A stretch of 62,917 nt of DNA, counting the filler, from Reticulomyxa filosa (taxonomy: Eukaryota; Protista; Foraminifera), in NCBI GenBank assembly GCA_000512085.1. It is 17 parts of 17 records of this genome, joined end to end, with 100 filler letters (N's around TTAATTAATTAA, not from the genome) between each part and the next. Parts side by side here need not be neighbours in the genome. Positions count along the whole stretch, not along the records: positions 37,462 to 41,600 come from ASPP01021868.1; positions 41,701 to 44,520 come from ASPP01014780.1; positions 44,621 to 47,045 come from ASPP01002786.1; positions 47,146 to 48,887 come from ASPP01027516.1; positions 48,988 to 52,994 come from ASPP01038023.1; 12 more parts are not named here. One strand, given 5' to 3'. This document shows, piece by piece, positions 37,520 through 49,900 of the stretch. The notes beneath the pieces are model-generated. The model was not told the DNA's origin. It did not search any database and worked only from the letters and a program-made list of their open reading frames with translations. Position numbers and translations under genes: made by a program. Within the stretch, counting starts at the first letter, position 1; every line of letters begins with the position of its first letter.

Positions 37520-37878
37520 TGAAAGATATCTACTGTGTTGTGACCAGAGAATCCGTGAATTTGGATGAAAAGACAGATATTATTTGGGTGTACATGTTGC
37601 CCCTTTTAAAATACACACGACACATTACGTATGACGTACCCCGCCGAGTGTCACAGCATTACATTGATATTTGTTTGAAAGGATGTCTTGAATACGGTGA
37701 GGAATTTCTGGAAGATTTTGTCAAGACCACTTTTGGATGGCATCCTTCCATCATCTTCAAAAATCGCCAAACCCATGGACCCGTGTGGAACCTGACACCA
37801 TATGATTGCGAAACCGTTGATCGTTTGCTACTACACTTTGCACACAAGTACCACAATTCAGTCCAAATTGAATTGTAG
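37520..37878 (+). CDS. Hypothetical protein, C-terminal part; resembles gamma-glutamylcyclotransferase-like family proteins
   Basis: IWVY..SQHYIDICLKGCLEYGEEFLEDFVKTTFGW pattern; 5'-truncated. Confidence 0.45.
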
Positions 37879-38533
37879 AATAATTAATCCATTCTTAGTT
37901 GCTTATTTTCTTTTTTTATGTTATTGTATTCTGCTTATGATTGGAATTTTCTTGCTTTGTCCTTGTTTTTGCTATGATGTTATTTATGTTGTCCAATTGC
38001 TACTGTATTGTCATTGCCGCTATCCGCAAGGTATTGATTGACTTGAATCTTTTCATATCTTTCAATTGATGATTCATTTCCACTAGATAGCCAGTTGTTT
38101 TGCAATTCAACTTATAAGATTTATTTAAACATTCTCCGTAAGTTGAACTTTCTCCACGACAAACATTTAAAACTTTTCTAATTCTTGCAGAATTGCATCG
38201 CACACATGAAATCATTAAAAAGTTTACAAATCAAATTTGTGGTAATAAACAAGTTTTTACGAAATAAAGAGCAAAGAGTACTGCCTAGCTTTGCAATCCT
38301 ATTTTTGTAAGACATTGAAAAAAAAAAATGAAAAAGCATTTCCGTAATGTCACAGCCAGGGTTTTTCATAAAACAAGCATAAATGCAAGAGCTATTAATC
38401 AAAAACACATTAAACATTTTAATCAGTACGTTTTGACCATTTGCACTTGTTGAAAGCTTTCAAGTAAAAAACGAGGGAGAAAACAACAAGAAAAAACTAC
38501 AGTTGATAGTCTTTTGTAATCATCGACAAAAAA

Positions 38534-39447
38534 ATGCGAGTATTTCTCAAGCATTCAAGACTCAACACATTCAAACGTTTTATTGTGGCAATTCCTGCAC
38601 TTAGTTTAAGTGGTGCAGTGGTCGAACCCAAAACAAAATTTTCGTTCCAGGACAACATTTCATTACCAAGTATGGGCCCTCTGTGTTCTTTTTGATGTTT
38701 CTCTCCATCGTGTCCAACAAACAAACAACAATTAAAAAAAAATGTATTAAAGCATATGTGGGATCCAACAAATTGGATACGTATGCATTACAAAGAAGCG
38801 GGCACTCAAACCTCCAAACAAGTTGGAAAGAGACAGTGCAAAAGGACCTCAAAGGATTATTTTTGCCACTGTTTGCGATCGGTTCTTACCAACATATTAC
38901 AGTTGATACCAAAGAGCAGCTGAACACATTTCGTCTTGTCTTTCAACGTGACGTCCAGGGTCCCTATTTGCGACATGTGATCACACCAGTAAGTAACACT
39001 TGCAAAAGAGGAAGAAAGAGTAGAGAGAGAGTTTGACAGGAATAAAAAATAGAACATATGTTGATATGTTACAATAAACTGTGTCTCTATATAAACACAT
39101 ACATATGCATATGTATGTATGTGTAATTGTTGTTAAATTGCAAAACGCTATATGCATAGGCTTTGGTGAAACGATCAAAAGAAAAATTTGGCTGTGAAAT
39201 TGACGGAATGCGTTCCGGTGTGTTGTTCTTGGAAGGACTGGCAGGATTAGAACTGAAACAAGGGGAGGAGCTACTATTCATATGCGACCATCGCGAAAAC
39301 AAAAAAGTCTTGACCGTGTTGCATGTAAATCAAAAACAAGAGATACACACAATTATCGTTGTTGAGTCTGACATTTTGGTCGATTCTATCGAACATGTTT
39401 TTGGTGGGGAAAAATCGTCTTTGGTGAAATTCACTGCTACATCATGA
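38534..39447 (+). CDS. Chalcone-isomerase-fold (CHI-like / fatty-acid-binding) protein with presequence-like N-terminus, multi-exon
   Basis: MRVFLKHSRLNTFKRFIVA..VVEPKTKFSF; FRLVFQRDVQG; LKQGEELLF..LTV..VESDILVDSIEHVFGGEK match recalled CHI-fold motifs. Confidence 0.6.
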
Positions 39448-39959
39448 GTGAGCAGAAGGCAAAAAAAAAAAAAAAAGGGGACAGAGAAGGGTGCAGGTAA
39501 AAAAATTTAATGAATAATTTCCAATTCGAATTTGATTCAATTTTACAAAATTTTAACCATCATTTTTTTAAAAAAAGACTACCCTATCTTTAATTTTTTG
39601 GTATGTTAGTTTTTTTTTTTGCTTGTCGTTTCACCGCTTGAAAGTTTCTCTTTCAATCTCGCGTAGTACACAATTGATTGTAATTTGTATGTAGGGCCTT
39701 TTTTTTAGCACAACATACAACAATAGTGTCCCCATGTATTTCTCAACCTTAACATTGCTCTGTACAGCTTTGAGTTGATAAGATTTTGTCCGACTTGAAA
39801 AAAAAAAAGGATGAGATGATGATAAACAACGAATTAAGTTGTAAAAAAAAGGATTTTGTGTACATTTCATAAATCACGAATCCCTCCAAAATTTTTCAAG
39901 AAATCATCAAAAAAAATACTATTTTTTTTGGGCGTGTATTCTTAGGTTTAACTTTGGTT

Positions 39960-40439
39960 TTAATTTTCGATCCGAACGAAATGTTGCTGAAGGCTGCCAC
40001 CAGACACAAGGCTTTCCAACGTATTTTTCCATTGGATCGCCCATCTTGCAAAAACAATTCCGGTGCTAATTAAACTAACGACGGCTACACACATATAAAT
40101 TAAGTAGCCCGTGTATTTGGCACCCAGAATCAAGCCACTAATGTAGTTCATTGTGATAATGGCGTGTCCAAGCGGGACTAACACGCGATGCCAGTACGCA
40201 TATTTTACGGATAGTCCATCACTTGTTATGAATATTGACGTTATTCCAAACACACCAGAATAAAACAATACAATTGTAGAAAGGATGCCAAAATCTATAC
40301 CAGCATGTACTGATTTAGATTTGCTCTTTAGTACTACTGTGTTGTACAAAGCCCAAGACCAAACGACACAGGAAAAAATTATTTGAGCTAAGCAATACAA
40401 TAACACGTTTTTGCCTAAGGGCAAGTCCAAACGGCTCAT
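39960..40439 (-). CDS. Hypothetical membrane protein with about 4 TM helices
   Basis: Clean ORF from MSRLDLP with four hydrophobic segments. Confidence 0.6.
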   Translation of the reverse strand: MSRLDLPLGKNVLLYCLAQIIFSCVVWSWALYNTVVLKSKSKSVHAGIDFGILSTIVLFYSGVFGITSIFITSDGLSVKYAYWHRVLVPLGHAIITMNYISGLILGAKYTGYLIYMCVAVVSLISTGIVFARWAIQWKNTLESLVSGGSLQQHFVRIEN

Positions 40440-41248
40440 TTCCTTATTATTGTATAAATAATCGTTATACAGATTGCTAAAATCCACCCCCGTTCACTCT
40501 TACTTTTTACGCCGGTGAATAAGTTCCTTATTTTTTAAGTTTGAAAGGTTTAAATTTTTGACAAGTAAATTCAAGAAACCTCTTTTGCTCTCAATACAGA
40601 AAAAATTCAGTGGTTATAACAGCAATTAGTATTTCTAGCTACTTACGTCACAAGTCAACGATCACATTGCAGTTTGTCTTAAGAAGGGTTTGATTTTTTA
40701 GAAAATTTGCAAGGGTGTTGCCACTTCAAAATAAAAAAGATAATCTGAAGATGTAAAGTATAACAGACCGATCTACATAATAGTCGGCAGAGCATTTCAA
40801 GACAAATATGTGGGACAAGACATGATAGTTGTAAAATCAAGTTCTGCGTCTTATACTGGCCGTTGCGCACTTGAGCCGAAGAAAACGAAGAACACATTAT
40901 AAATTACGTGCAAATAATTGCTCATGCAGATCTCTCCAAAACCAAATGAAGAATAATGGAGACTATCTTTTGTCCAAGTTTCGTCCTTTTCTTTTTAAAA
41001 AGAGAAATTATCCTTGGAATGCATCACTTCGATTGTATGCAAACATTTAATTAATGTCTTTTGGTTAAAAAATTCAGTAAATTAAATTTCAAATTAGTTT
41101 CGTCTATAAAAAAAATTAAAGTATCAGCTTTTTATGTCATACTTAACTTTCCAATTATAAAGTAAAACCAAATCGTCACGTCTTTGACCTTCCAACGTTT
41201 CTTTTTGTTTTGAAAGGGTATTTTTAAGGAAAAAATATTGACAACAAG

Positions 41249-41560
41249 ATGAGCTTTGCTTATGTGTTAACGGTCTATTTATGTATCGTAGTTCCAGTGG
41301 TGGTGTTTTTGCCGTTGGTGATACTAGTTGCACGTGAAATGTTGAAAATTGATCGTCAGACTCGAGTGCTGAAAAGGAGACCAAAATTGTTAAAGTTGTA
41401 TGCGATAGCAATGGCAGTGTTTATAGGAATCGATGGTCCATTAACTTATTCCTTCTGCCTCAATTTTTTATCTATAAACTTGCAAAAAGTAGAGCATGCG
41501 ATTTACGTCTTTTCTTGTCATGGCATGATTTGGATCTTTGCAACCAAGTTTGCAGATTAA
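41249..41560 (+). CDS. N-terminal fragment of a multipass membrane protein (7TM-RGS-like)
   Basis: TM1, then KRRPKLL, TM2 and TM3; cut by an intron and the contig end. Confidence 0.45.
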   Translation: MSFAYVLTVYLCIVVPVVVFLPLVILVAREMLKIDRQTRVLKRRPKLLKLYAIAMAVFIGIDGPLTYSFCLNFLSINLQKVEHAIYVFSCHGMIWIFATKFAD

Positions 41561-41563
41561 TGC

Positions 41564-41600
<37 letters not shown>

Positions 41601-41700
41601 NNNNNNNNNNNNNNNNNNNNNNNNNNNNNNNNNNNNNNNNNNNNTTAATTAATTAANNNNNNNNNNNNNNNNNNNNNNNNNNNNNNNNNNNNNNNNNNNN

Positions 41701-42663
41701 ATTATTATTATTATTATTATTATTATTATTGTTATCATTATTGTTAGTTTCCAATTCATTCCATTCATACCATCTTCCTTTTTCAACATCATTCGACCAC
41801 AAAAAAGCGGTTACAAACTCACTATTTTTGAATACGATGCGGTAGTCTTGCTCCATTGCAACGGCATGGACCACTTCATATTCGTCATTGGACTCGATCA
41901 CCTCAATGGCCAGTGCCGGACTTGGAACAATCAATTTGTCCTCCAAAGGCGGGGATATCCTCGTCACCACTTCGTGCGATTTCCAGGTCCAATATGCTAT
42001 CTTCTCATCATCCGTTATTGTTTTCCATTTCCTTTTCGCACAAAAATCTTGTGCTTTTTTTTTTTTTTTTTTTTTTTGAGTGAGGAAGATTGTTTTTTTT
42101 TTTGCAAGAAAATATCCGCAGATACGTATACTCAAGACACAAAACACAAGACGTAAGAAACACACGATCACATAACGAAAACAACCCAAAGCAATGTTCT
42201 TGAGCAGCATTTCAGCGGCAAAAATGGACGTGAAAATCAGATCAGCGATGAAAAACAAAGTGTGGCTTTGTTCGTTTGTCTTTGGTTGATCTGCGCTTAG
42301 GAAGCCACAATTCACCAAAATGAGCAAATCCACACAAATATCAAAGGCGCGATGAGTGACAATGGCGTGGACTTGTTGCCGGAACCAATTGGTCGGAGCA
42401 AAGAGACCAAAGGAAGCGCCTTCCAATTTGAGTTTATCGCGCGAATGCTTTCCTTCGCGTTGGCCCTGGTGATATTTCGTGAGTTGTTCCATCCGTTGCA
42501 ACTTGGACACCAGTCTCATCAGACACTCTGTTTTTGTCAGGTTGTTTCCATTGCCGTGTTTTTGCATCCGCAGCTCTTTGGCATACGTTATGCAATCTTC
42601 CATTGCAAATTTTTTCTCAGCCTATTTTGTAATGGTGTCTACAATATACTTATACAATATACG

Positions 42664-42701
<38 letters not shown>

Positions 42702-44484
42702 CATGTTTTGGAGCCAGTAACGTTTTCAGCATGCAAATGACTAATGAGCACTGCCATAAATAGATTGATGACAATATACGTGCCGAAGCAAATGACGATG
42801 ACAAAGTAGGCGATGGCTCCATATCCCACGGCATCGACGGCGTCGTACATCATCGAATCCCAGGCATCTCCGGTGATAAGAATGAACACCGACACCATGG
42901 CGGAGAAGATAGTGTCGAACCTCCATTCCCCTCTCGGATTGGGCAAGTTGCTGACGGACGAGCCGAACACAGACATGCCCAGCGTGGCAAACATGAACAT
43001 AAAGATGAAGAGAATAACTGTAAGCCACGTCACCTCCGCTATCGATTCAAGCACCAAGTCGAGAAGTGACCGCAGCACCTCAAACTTGCGCAGCAGACGG
43101 AACGTCCGAAAGGCGCGGAAGATACGGAACACACGGAACGCGCGCAACGTGGTCGCATGAAAGTTTATACTCCGCAGTGCAAATAGATCCACCAAAGAGA
43201 GCAAGACTATCACAAAATCAAAGATTTGCCATGGGTCGCAGAAATATGCTTTCGGTCTGTGTTCTCCCCCCCAAAAAAAAAAATGAACAAACAAGCAAAG
43301 TACATGTTTACGTATACCTAAATAAATAAAATAAAAAAACTTTTTTTTTTTTGCATAAAACATACCCCAATCCCAATAGCTTCAATATCAATTCGACGGT
43401 GAAAAACAAGGTAAATACCAAGTTAAGCGTGGCGCAAATGTTACTCCAATAATGGGACATACCGGGCCATTCCATTGACAATACGGCCACGTTGGCTAAA
43501 ATCACAATTGTCACCAGTACGTTGAAGTAGTCATGTTCCACGAGTCGATTGATCGTCACTATTATCTCGGACTTTCCTTGCAAATACAAATTTGGTTTCT
43601 CGCGGGACAAACGTAGCGCCTTTCGAGCCAGCACTTCGTGGTTTTGTCTTTGCGTCAGCTCGTCTTTTCTTGCCTTTTCAATGTCATTGCCTATTTCTAT
43701 GCCGTCAAGTACTAACGACACCTGTGTCGAAAGTTCTTTTTTTTTTTTTTTTTTTATTGTGACATTTTTTTATACGTATTTTGCGGAGTTGTTTGTAAAA
43801 TAAAAATAAAAAAAAAAGAACTTTTTTTATGTGAACGCGAGGACTGCGCTATTTCGGATTTCATGGGCTCGAAATCGTCAGCATCAGCGTCGCTTTGGTT
43901 TAAATATATACTACTGCTTCGCCATTGCTGTAGCCACGACATTGCGTATTCTGTTGTTGGATAAGACATTACATACACACACACACACAACACACACGAC
44001 ATGATAATTTCGAAACAATGGATTATGTTGGTAGTGATCTCAACAAATCAACTCCCCCCCCCTCTCCCTTTTTTTTTTACCTGGCGCAAGAGCTCTGGTA
44101 CTGACAGAACTTGCAAAGATAGGTTTCAAAGCAGTAGTCTCCCGGGGCGTTTCGGAGTCACTTTTATATCGAATTTCCATCTCGTGGTCGTTGGCCTTGT
44201 AGGGGAGGTCTTCGGTCAGTTGCGGCGGAATCATGCTTATGGAAGGGTGGCGTCGATGCTCGACTTCGGGCATTGCCTTGCCATCGTTGAAGAGCTCCTC
44301 CACTTCTTTCTCGTCGAGTTGGAACTCTTCATTTTTGCCGGACTCGTCCCGCAGGCTTTCACTGTTCTTTTTGTCGTTCATTTCTTCTTCGTAGAGACTT
44401 TGAATGACTGTTACGTATATTTGTTAAAAAAAAAAAAAAAAAAAAAGGATGAAATATAAAGCCATATTTGAATATGTACACACA

Positions 44485-44520
<36 letters not shown>
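41701..44520 (-). CDS. Four-domain voltage-gated Ca2+/Na+ channel alpha subunit, internal fragment (I-II linker, domain II, start of III)
   Basis: YFNVLVTIVILANVAVLSME (S1), YFCDPWQIFDFVIVLLS (S3), LRAFRVFRIFRAFRTFRLLR (S4), FDTIFSAMVSVFILITGDAW (pore), INLFMAVLI (S6), SFGLFAPTNWFRQQVHAIV (start of domain III). Confidence 0.93.
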
Positions 44521-44699
44521 NNNNNNNNNNNNNNNNNNNNNNNNNNNNNNNNNNNNNNNNNNNNTTAATTAATTAANNNNNNNNNNNNNNNNNNNNNNNN
44601 NNNNNNNNNNNNNNNNNNNNGTTCAATTTATATGAAGTCCTTCGAAATTTTTAAAAATCATTTGGAAAAATTATATTTTTGATCAACCTAGGAAAAACT

Positions 44700-44853
44700 T
44701 ATCATAAAACCAATTTCATATTTAAAAACTACAATATTAGTAGATTTTTTTTTAAAAAAAAATTATGTTTAAATTTTTATTTTTCATGGAGAAAATCGAT
44801 TCTCTTCATATAGTGCCATTTAGGTATTGCAGTTTTTTTTGCAATTTACTGTA
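44700..44853 (-). mobile_element. Tc1/mariner TIR copy (right orientation, ...TACTG|TA)
   Basis: CAATTTCATATTTAAAAACTACAA..TTTTTCATGGAGAAAATC..GCAGTTTTTTTTGCAATTTACTG-TA, very similar to 25340-25487. Confidence 0.75.
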
Positions 44854-44858
44854 TTTCA

Positions 44859-46042
44859 ATGGTAGAAACGATTCTGATGAAAAGAAAGCACGATAACGAA
44901 AATTACAAAAAAAGTGAAGAAAGATGAAAGAAATAAAAAAGAGGTATCGCAGAAGAAAGATGAAAGCAATAAAAATGAGGCATCGCAGAAGAACGATGAT
45001 AAAGGAAAAAAGGAATCATTGCAGAAGAACAAAGATAAAAGCAAACCAAAAAAAGAAACTATAGAAGAAAGAGAATAATCGATGGTGATTATGACCAAGT
45101 ATTGAAAGATGAAAAAATTGGAATAATTCTTAAAGATATAGGGCTCTCCGATGTTTACCCGGATAAGGTCAATGCCACAGCATACCTTTGTACCATCGGA
45201 AAAAAACGAGCTAAATTCATGGAAGTGGTGTTTGATAATACTGCTGTATCAGGCAGAACAGCGATCGAGTTCGTATCATTAGTCACTCAAAGTCAAGAGG
45301 CCTACACCGGAAGCGTATTACCTTATCAACAATTTTTTTACAAAAGATAACATATCCGAAATAAGGTTCGTGATTGACAATTTCGAAAGCAGTCGACAAG
45401 CTAAAAGAAGCACTTTCGCAGGATAGCAACAATAAAAGTAACAAAAACAACAACAAAAACAACAACAAAAACAACGACAATTGGAAATATGCTAAGACTA
45501 AAGACGACAGGATAGTCATTACAGTCACTCTCCAAACAAATTACAAAAAGAGCGAAGGAATGTTCTTTACGTATACTTTCCCCGCTTATGCGCAACCCTT
45601 TTTTGTCAGCTGTAAGCTAATACTCTACAAAAGCGCAAACGTCCATATTACTCACAGCTTTCATACATCGAAGGACAGGTCATCGCAACAATTTGTAAAA
45701 GACACGGGGAATTATCGGTTGGAAGGAACAAAAACACTAAGAATTATGCAGCAAATGCATCAGTGGAGACACAAACTTAATACTGATTGTAGAAATAGTG
45801 CCTCACCTGACCCTAAAACTCCAATTCCCATTTTTAAAAAAACTGATTTCAATGGTAAAGCGATAACCATACAAGGTGATGAACGACATGATATCGTGTA
45901 TCCTATGCATAACCAAGTCGGAGAAATAGTGGAGGATATCGTACTGTGCAAGGATATACTAAAAGAAATAATACTGGTGGATTTAGGAGAGCGGAAAAGC
46001 GAGGAAGAGCAAGATGAAAAAGTGAAGATAAAGAAAAGTTAA
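44859..46042 (+). pseudogene. Disrupted, apparently intronless hypothetical coding region, probably the 5' part of the CE-clan gene
   Basis: Consecutive same-strand ORFs (45102-45350, 45374-46042) separated by frameshifts or stops, with protein-like composition. Confidence 0.4.
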
Positions 46043-46166
46043 CTTAAAAAAAAAAAGAAGAAACTCGAAGAAGACAAAAAACACTCTTTTTCACACAATT
46101 AAGCAGTGGAGCAAGGACATTGGAAATACTGTCGGTAACAAAAATATAAAGGAAATTAGTGAAAAG

Positions 46167-46976
46167 ATGCTTTTTGACATCGATTACATTGAAAATGAGT
46201 TAATCCCTAAACTGGAATATTTTGGAAATAACGGCGAATGGAATACGATGAACGTGCATGGAGGCTCTGGAAATAAAATCCTAAAACCTATAGACCGTAA
46301 TAATATACTTGTAGAACATCATGCCGAAACAGGCAAACTAAATCGGTTTGTAAACTTCGCTATATATCATAATACATTTAATCAACAGCAGCATAGTGAA
46401 ATAATGGCAGCATTTAAGCTAATAGATCCAAGTAAAAAAACTGACAAAGTGGCCGGAGAAGGAAAGATTTTGTTTACATCGATGTTGGGCACAGAAAATA
46501 GCAAAGACTTAGATGATGCTGTTCTTGACAGTACGTATAACCTTGTCACTACGGAACAGGTCTTGAAATTAAGAGTCAAGTCCCTTGGCTTGGATGATCA
46601 GGTGCAAGTCCTAGGTAAAGGATATTTCATTAACAGAGAGGCGAATAATATCAAACTGCTTGTTCCTAGTTGCAATGCAAGTTGTTGCAGTTATCAGCTA
46701 TTGCCAATTAATCTTAATGGCCATTGTGTGGGCGTCATTATCTGTGGTAATTATGTAAATTATATTGATCCAGAAAACAATACTATGCCAGATGAATTAA
46801 AACTGCTCTTTCAACAAGCAGGCTTTACATCAGAACAAATTTTGTCTGAACGACAACAATATGCAGACAACTGTGCCCCTACCTGGATTGAAACTTGTGT
46901 CGTGTATATGGGAGCAAATCCATTCTCTCAAACAGAGGCTGTTGCTTGTCATGCAAAACTCTTAAACAAATTTTAA
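46167..46976 (+). CDS. Protein with C-terminal CE-clan (Ulp1/C48-like) cysteine protease domain
   Basis: LLPINLNGHCVG (His), YIDPEN (Asp), QQYADNCAP (oxyanion Gln + Cys), in the CE-clan order H-D-Q-C. Confidence 0.7.
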   Translation: MLFDIDYIENELIPKLEYFGNNGEWNTMNVHGGSGNKILKPIDRNNILVEHHAETGKLNRFVNFAIYHNTFNQQQHSEIMAAFKLIDPSKKTDKVAGEGKILFTSMLGTENSKDLDDAVLDSTYNLVTTEQVLKLRVKSLGLDDQVQVLGKGYFINREANNIKLLVPSCNASCCSYQLLPINLNGHCVGVIICGNYVNYIDPENNTMPDELKLLFQQAGFTSEQILSERQQYADNCAPTWIETCVVYMGANPFSQTEAVACHAKLLNKF

Positions 46977-48987
46977 CAGAATTTTCTTATAAAAGAAAAC
47001 TATTTTTGTATATTCATTATTTTTTCAGTATTTGCTTTTTTTTTTNNNNNNNNNNNNNNNNNNNNNNNNNNNNNNNNNNNNNNNNNNNNTTAATTAATTA
47101 ANNNNNNNNNNNNNNNNNNNNNNNNNNNNNNNNNNNNNNNNNNNNTTCTTGTGTATCAATAAAAATGTGATTGCAATTTCTCCATGTCTTCAAAATAGTT
47201 GTGTTGTCCATTTTACTACCAAATGTTTGTAATAAATGCATTAAATTTTGTTGTTGTTGGGGAGTTATGCTATAATTATATGTATTGTTGACATTAGTTT
47301 TAGAAAAGAGACAAATTATTATAAAATATTATGTTAGCTTTAACTTATCCTCTACGATGGAGCCCAGGATAATGACTGTTTCATCTAGATGGAACAAACA
47401 CGACAACCATGTCCTGAAGATAATCTCTTTTTCAATTGTACTGAACGCTTCTTGAAGCTGTTCCATTTGAGATAGAAAAATAGATATAGATTAAAAAAAT
47501 CTTTTTTGAAATGGGGTAAAGAACCCTGAACACAGCAAAAAAAAGGTTTCTCTATTTTTGTTTAAATAAATTTAATAAGTATCTTATTTGACAAGTATTA
47601 AATGTAGATCAATATGAATATCAGACTGGCATGTATTCTGTAGTTACGAACCACATTCTAAAAAATAGTACATATTTTGTTAACACGTAACACTAAGTAA
47701 ATGAACGAAAGTGAATTTATACTTAATTAAAAGAAAAAAACGCTCGCAACCGCACAGCATTTTGAAAGTGGGGAAGCGCTGGTATTACTTACCTTTGGAA
47801 AAAAGAATAAACTCTGGCGATTGTAGTGGAAGATTAGCACTAATGTAAAAAAAACCAGTTGTAATATAATCTACAATAATATCAAACATCTTTACATCAT
47901 TTGACTATTTTTTAATCAATGTAATTATTTAATTTCTTACTAAATTGCCAAAATTAGACTATTATAGTTAATTTTTTTGTTTATTTCAACAGAAGAAAGC
48001 TTATTTGATATTTGTCCACATACACAAAAAAGAAAAGTATAACCAAATCCAAGAAACTTTTTAAATATATTTAGATTGGAGGATTTTCATAGCATAACCA
48101 CAATATCATCATAGCAAAGGATTGTAATTTCTTAATTGATGAACGTGAAATTTACTTTTGTTTAGTGACATTAGATTTGAACAATTAAAAGAATTGTAAA
48201 TTTGTCTTATTTATTTGGTGTTTTGTTTTTCAACTGCTTTAAAAACAAGTATTTCCATTTTGATTTTAAAATATTAATTAAAAGGTGAAAGAGAAGGCAA
48301 ATAGTAAACAAATAAATTCAATAAATTAATGTAAAGATATGTATTTGAACAAAATAATTTTAGAATGGTGAGTTTTCTTCAATTTTCCAATAAAAACATT
48401 TGTGTCAAAATTGAACTAATGAAGGAATTGATTGTGCGGCAAGGCCAAGACTTGAAGACAACACATGAAAATAATCATGGCAACACTGATCGAGATATTG
48501 AAATAAGCGGTGGAGGATCGGACACAGAGTTGGACGATGATCTGATTCAAGCAATTGCTTTGTTGATGATTACACTGAAATCAGATAATGTCAACGAGAA
48601 TGACAGTACCCTAACAATTAATAACCCATTACCTCAGTTGACTTTGAGTGGTTCTTTTGACAATGAAAACGAAAAGGATAAAGTACCATAGAACTATCTT
48701 TTTTTAAATTCACTTTTCCGATATTTTCATTATTCAAGACTGTCACAATTCAGTCTTGATTGATAGATAACAACGTTTAACTGAAAGTTCTCGATACAAT
48801 AATTCAATCTTTCACACATTTCAATTTTCTTTACTCAAATTATGTTTAACCAAATAAAATATTTTTTGTTTTCTCAAAAAGGGTCAGNNNNNNNNNNNNN
48901 NNNNNNNNNNNNNNNNNNNNNNNNNNNNNNNTTAATTAATTAANNNNNNNNNNNNNNNNNNNNNNNNNNNNNNNNNNNNNNNNNNNN

Positions 48988-49900
48988 AAAAGGAAGAAAT
49001 CCAAAAAGAGACTGAAAAAAATTATTTAGATTTTTGCAAAACTGTTGAGGGATTGATTTTCGCTGTCAATACTTTCATATGCTTGTTTCAACCCAAGCTG
49101 ATGATCATTTATTTCATCCACTTGATGCTTGCATGCTTGCATTTCCATTTGCAAAAGCCTTTTCATGCTGCGATATTTGGAGAAGTTGTTCGTTAATGTC
49201 GTGCAACTCTTTAATTGAAATGTTGATTTGCTTTTTGACTGCAAAAAGTATTTCATCCGCGATATTGCATTGTCTTGTTAACTGACAATTTGCTTTGGTG
49301 GGCACGTCATTTTGTACTTGTATTTAATCTATCTCTTGAATGTAGTCTAACTATCTATTTAGTTCTTCACGAATCAGTTCTAGATCAACTCTTTCTTTTT
49401 TTAACTTTTCGACGTCCGCTTGGATAAGTGACAAATCTTGTCTAAGCTTGTTTTCAATAATCTGGTTCACCTCCATTTGATCCATCTCCCTTTCTGACTT
49501 GGCGATGCCATGGGAAGAGGGCAGGTAGCATATTTCATTATTTCTATGGGATTCCAAAGTTTGCTTTAGATTTACTATTACTTCTCTCATCTACATACTT
49601 CTTCGATTGGTTCCCCAATTAAATTCTTTGTTTTATATATATATATTTTTTGGAGCCACTCAGACATGCACAAAAGCAAAACTTGCGACGATGATAAAAT
49701 ATTGTCCTTCCCTGCAGCGATGTATCCGTTCTGAATAAAGAAAGTATTTTTATGATAAGCATCACTCTGACAGTATCTAGTGATTGTTGACGACGCATAT
49801 GGAGACGTTGCACTGATCCACGTGGCTTCATTTGATAACATACCTCTGTTTAATAGAGGTAACGATGTGTTAAGTGGTATCAGATTCCCGATCCAACATC
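48988..49900 (-). CDS. Hypothetical coiled-coil protein fragment (structure unresolved)
   Basis: Overlapping ORFs with heptad-like E/K/Q/L-rich sequence (LRQDLSLIQADVEKLKKERVDLELIREEL). Confidence 0.35.

Noticed and set aside
26675-46976. Clustered defence island (NLR, Kelch, CE protease)
   Set aside because: The genes lie on different contigs joined artificially, so adjacency carries no information.
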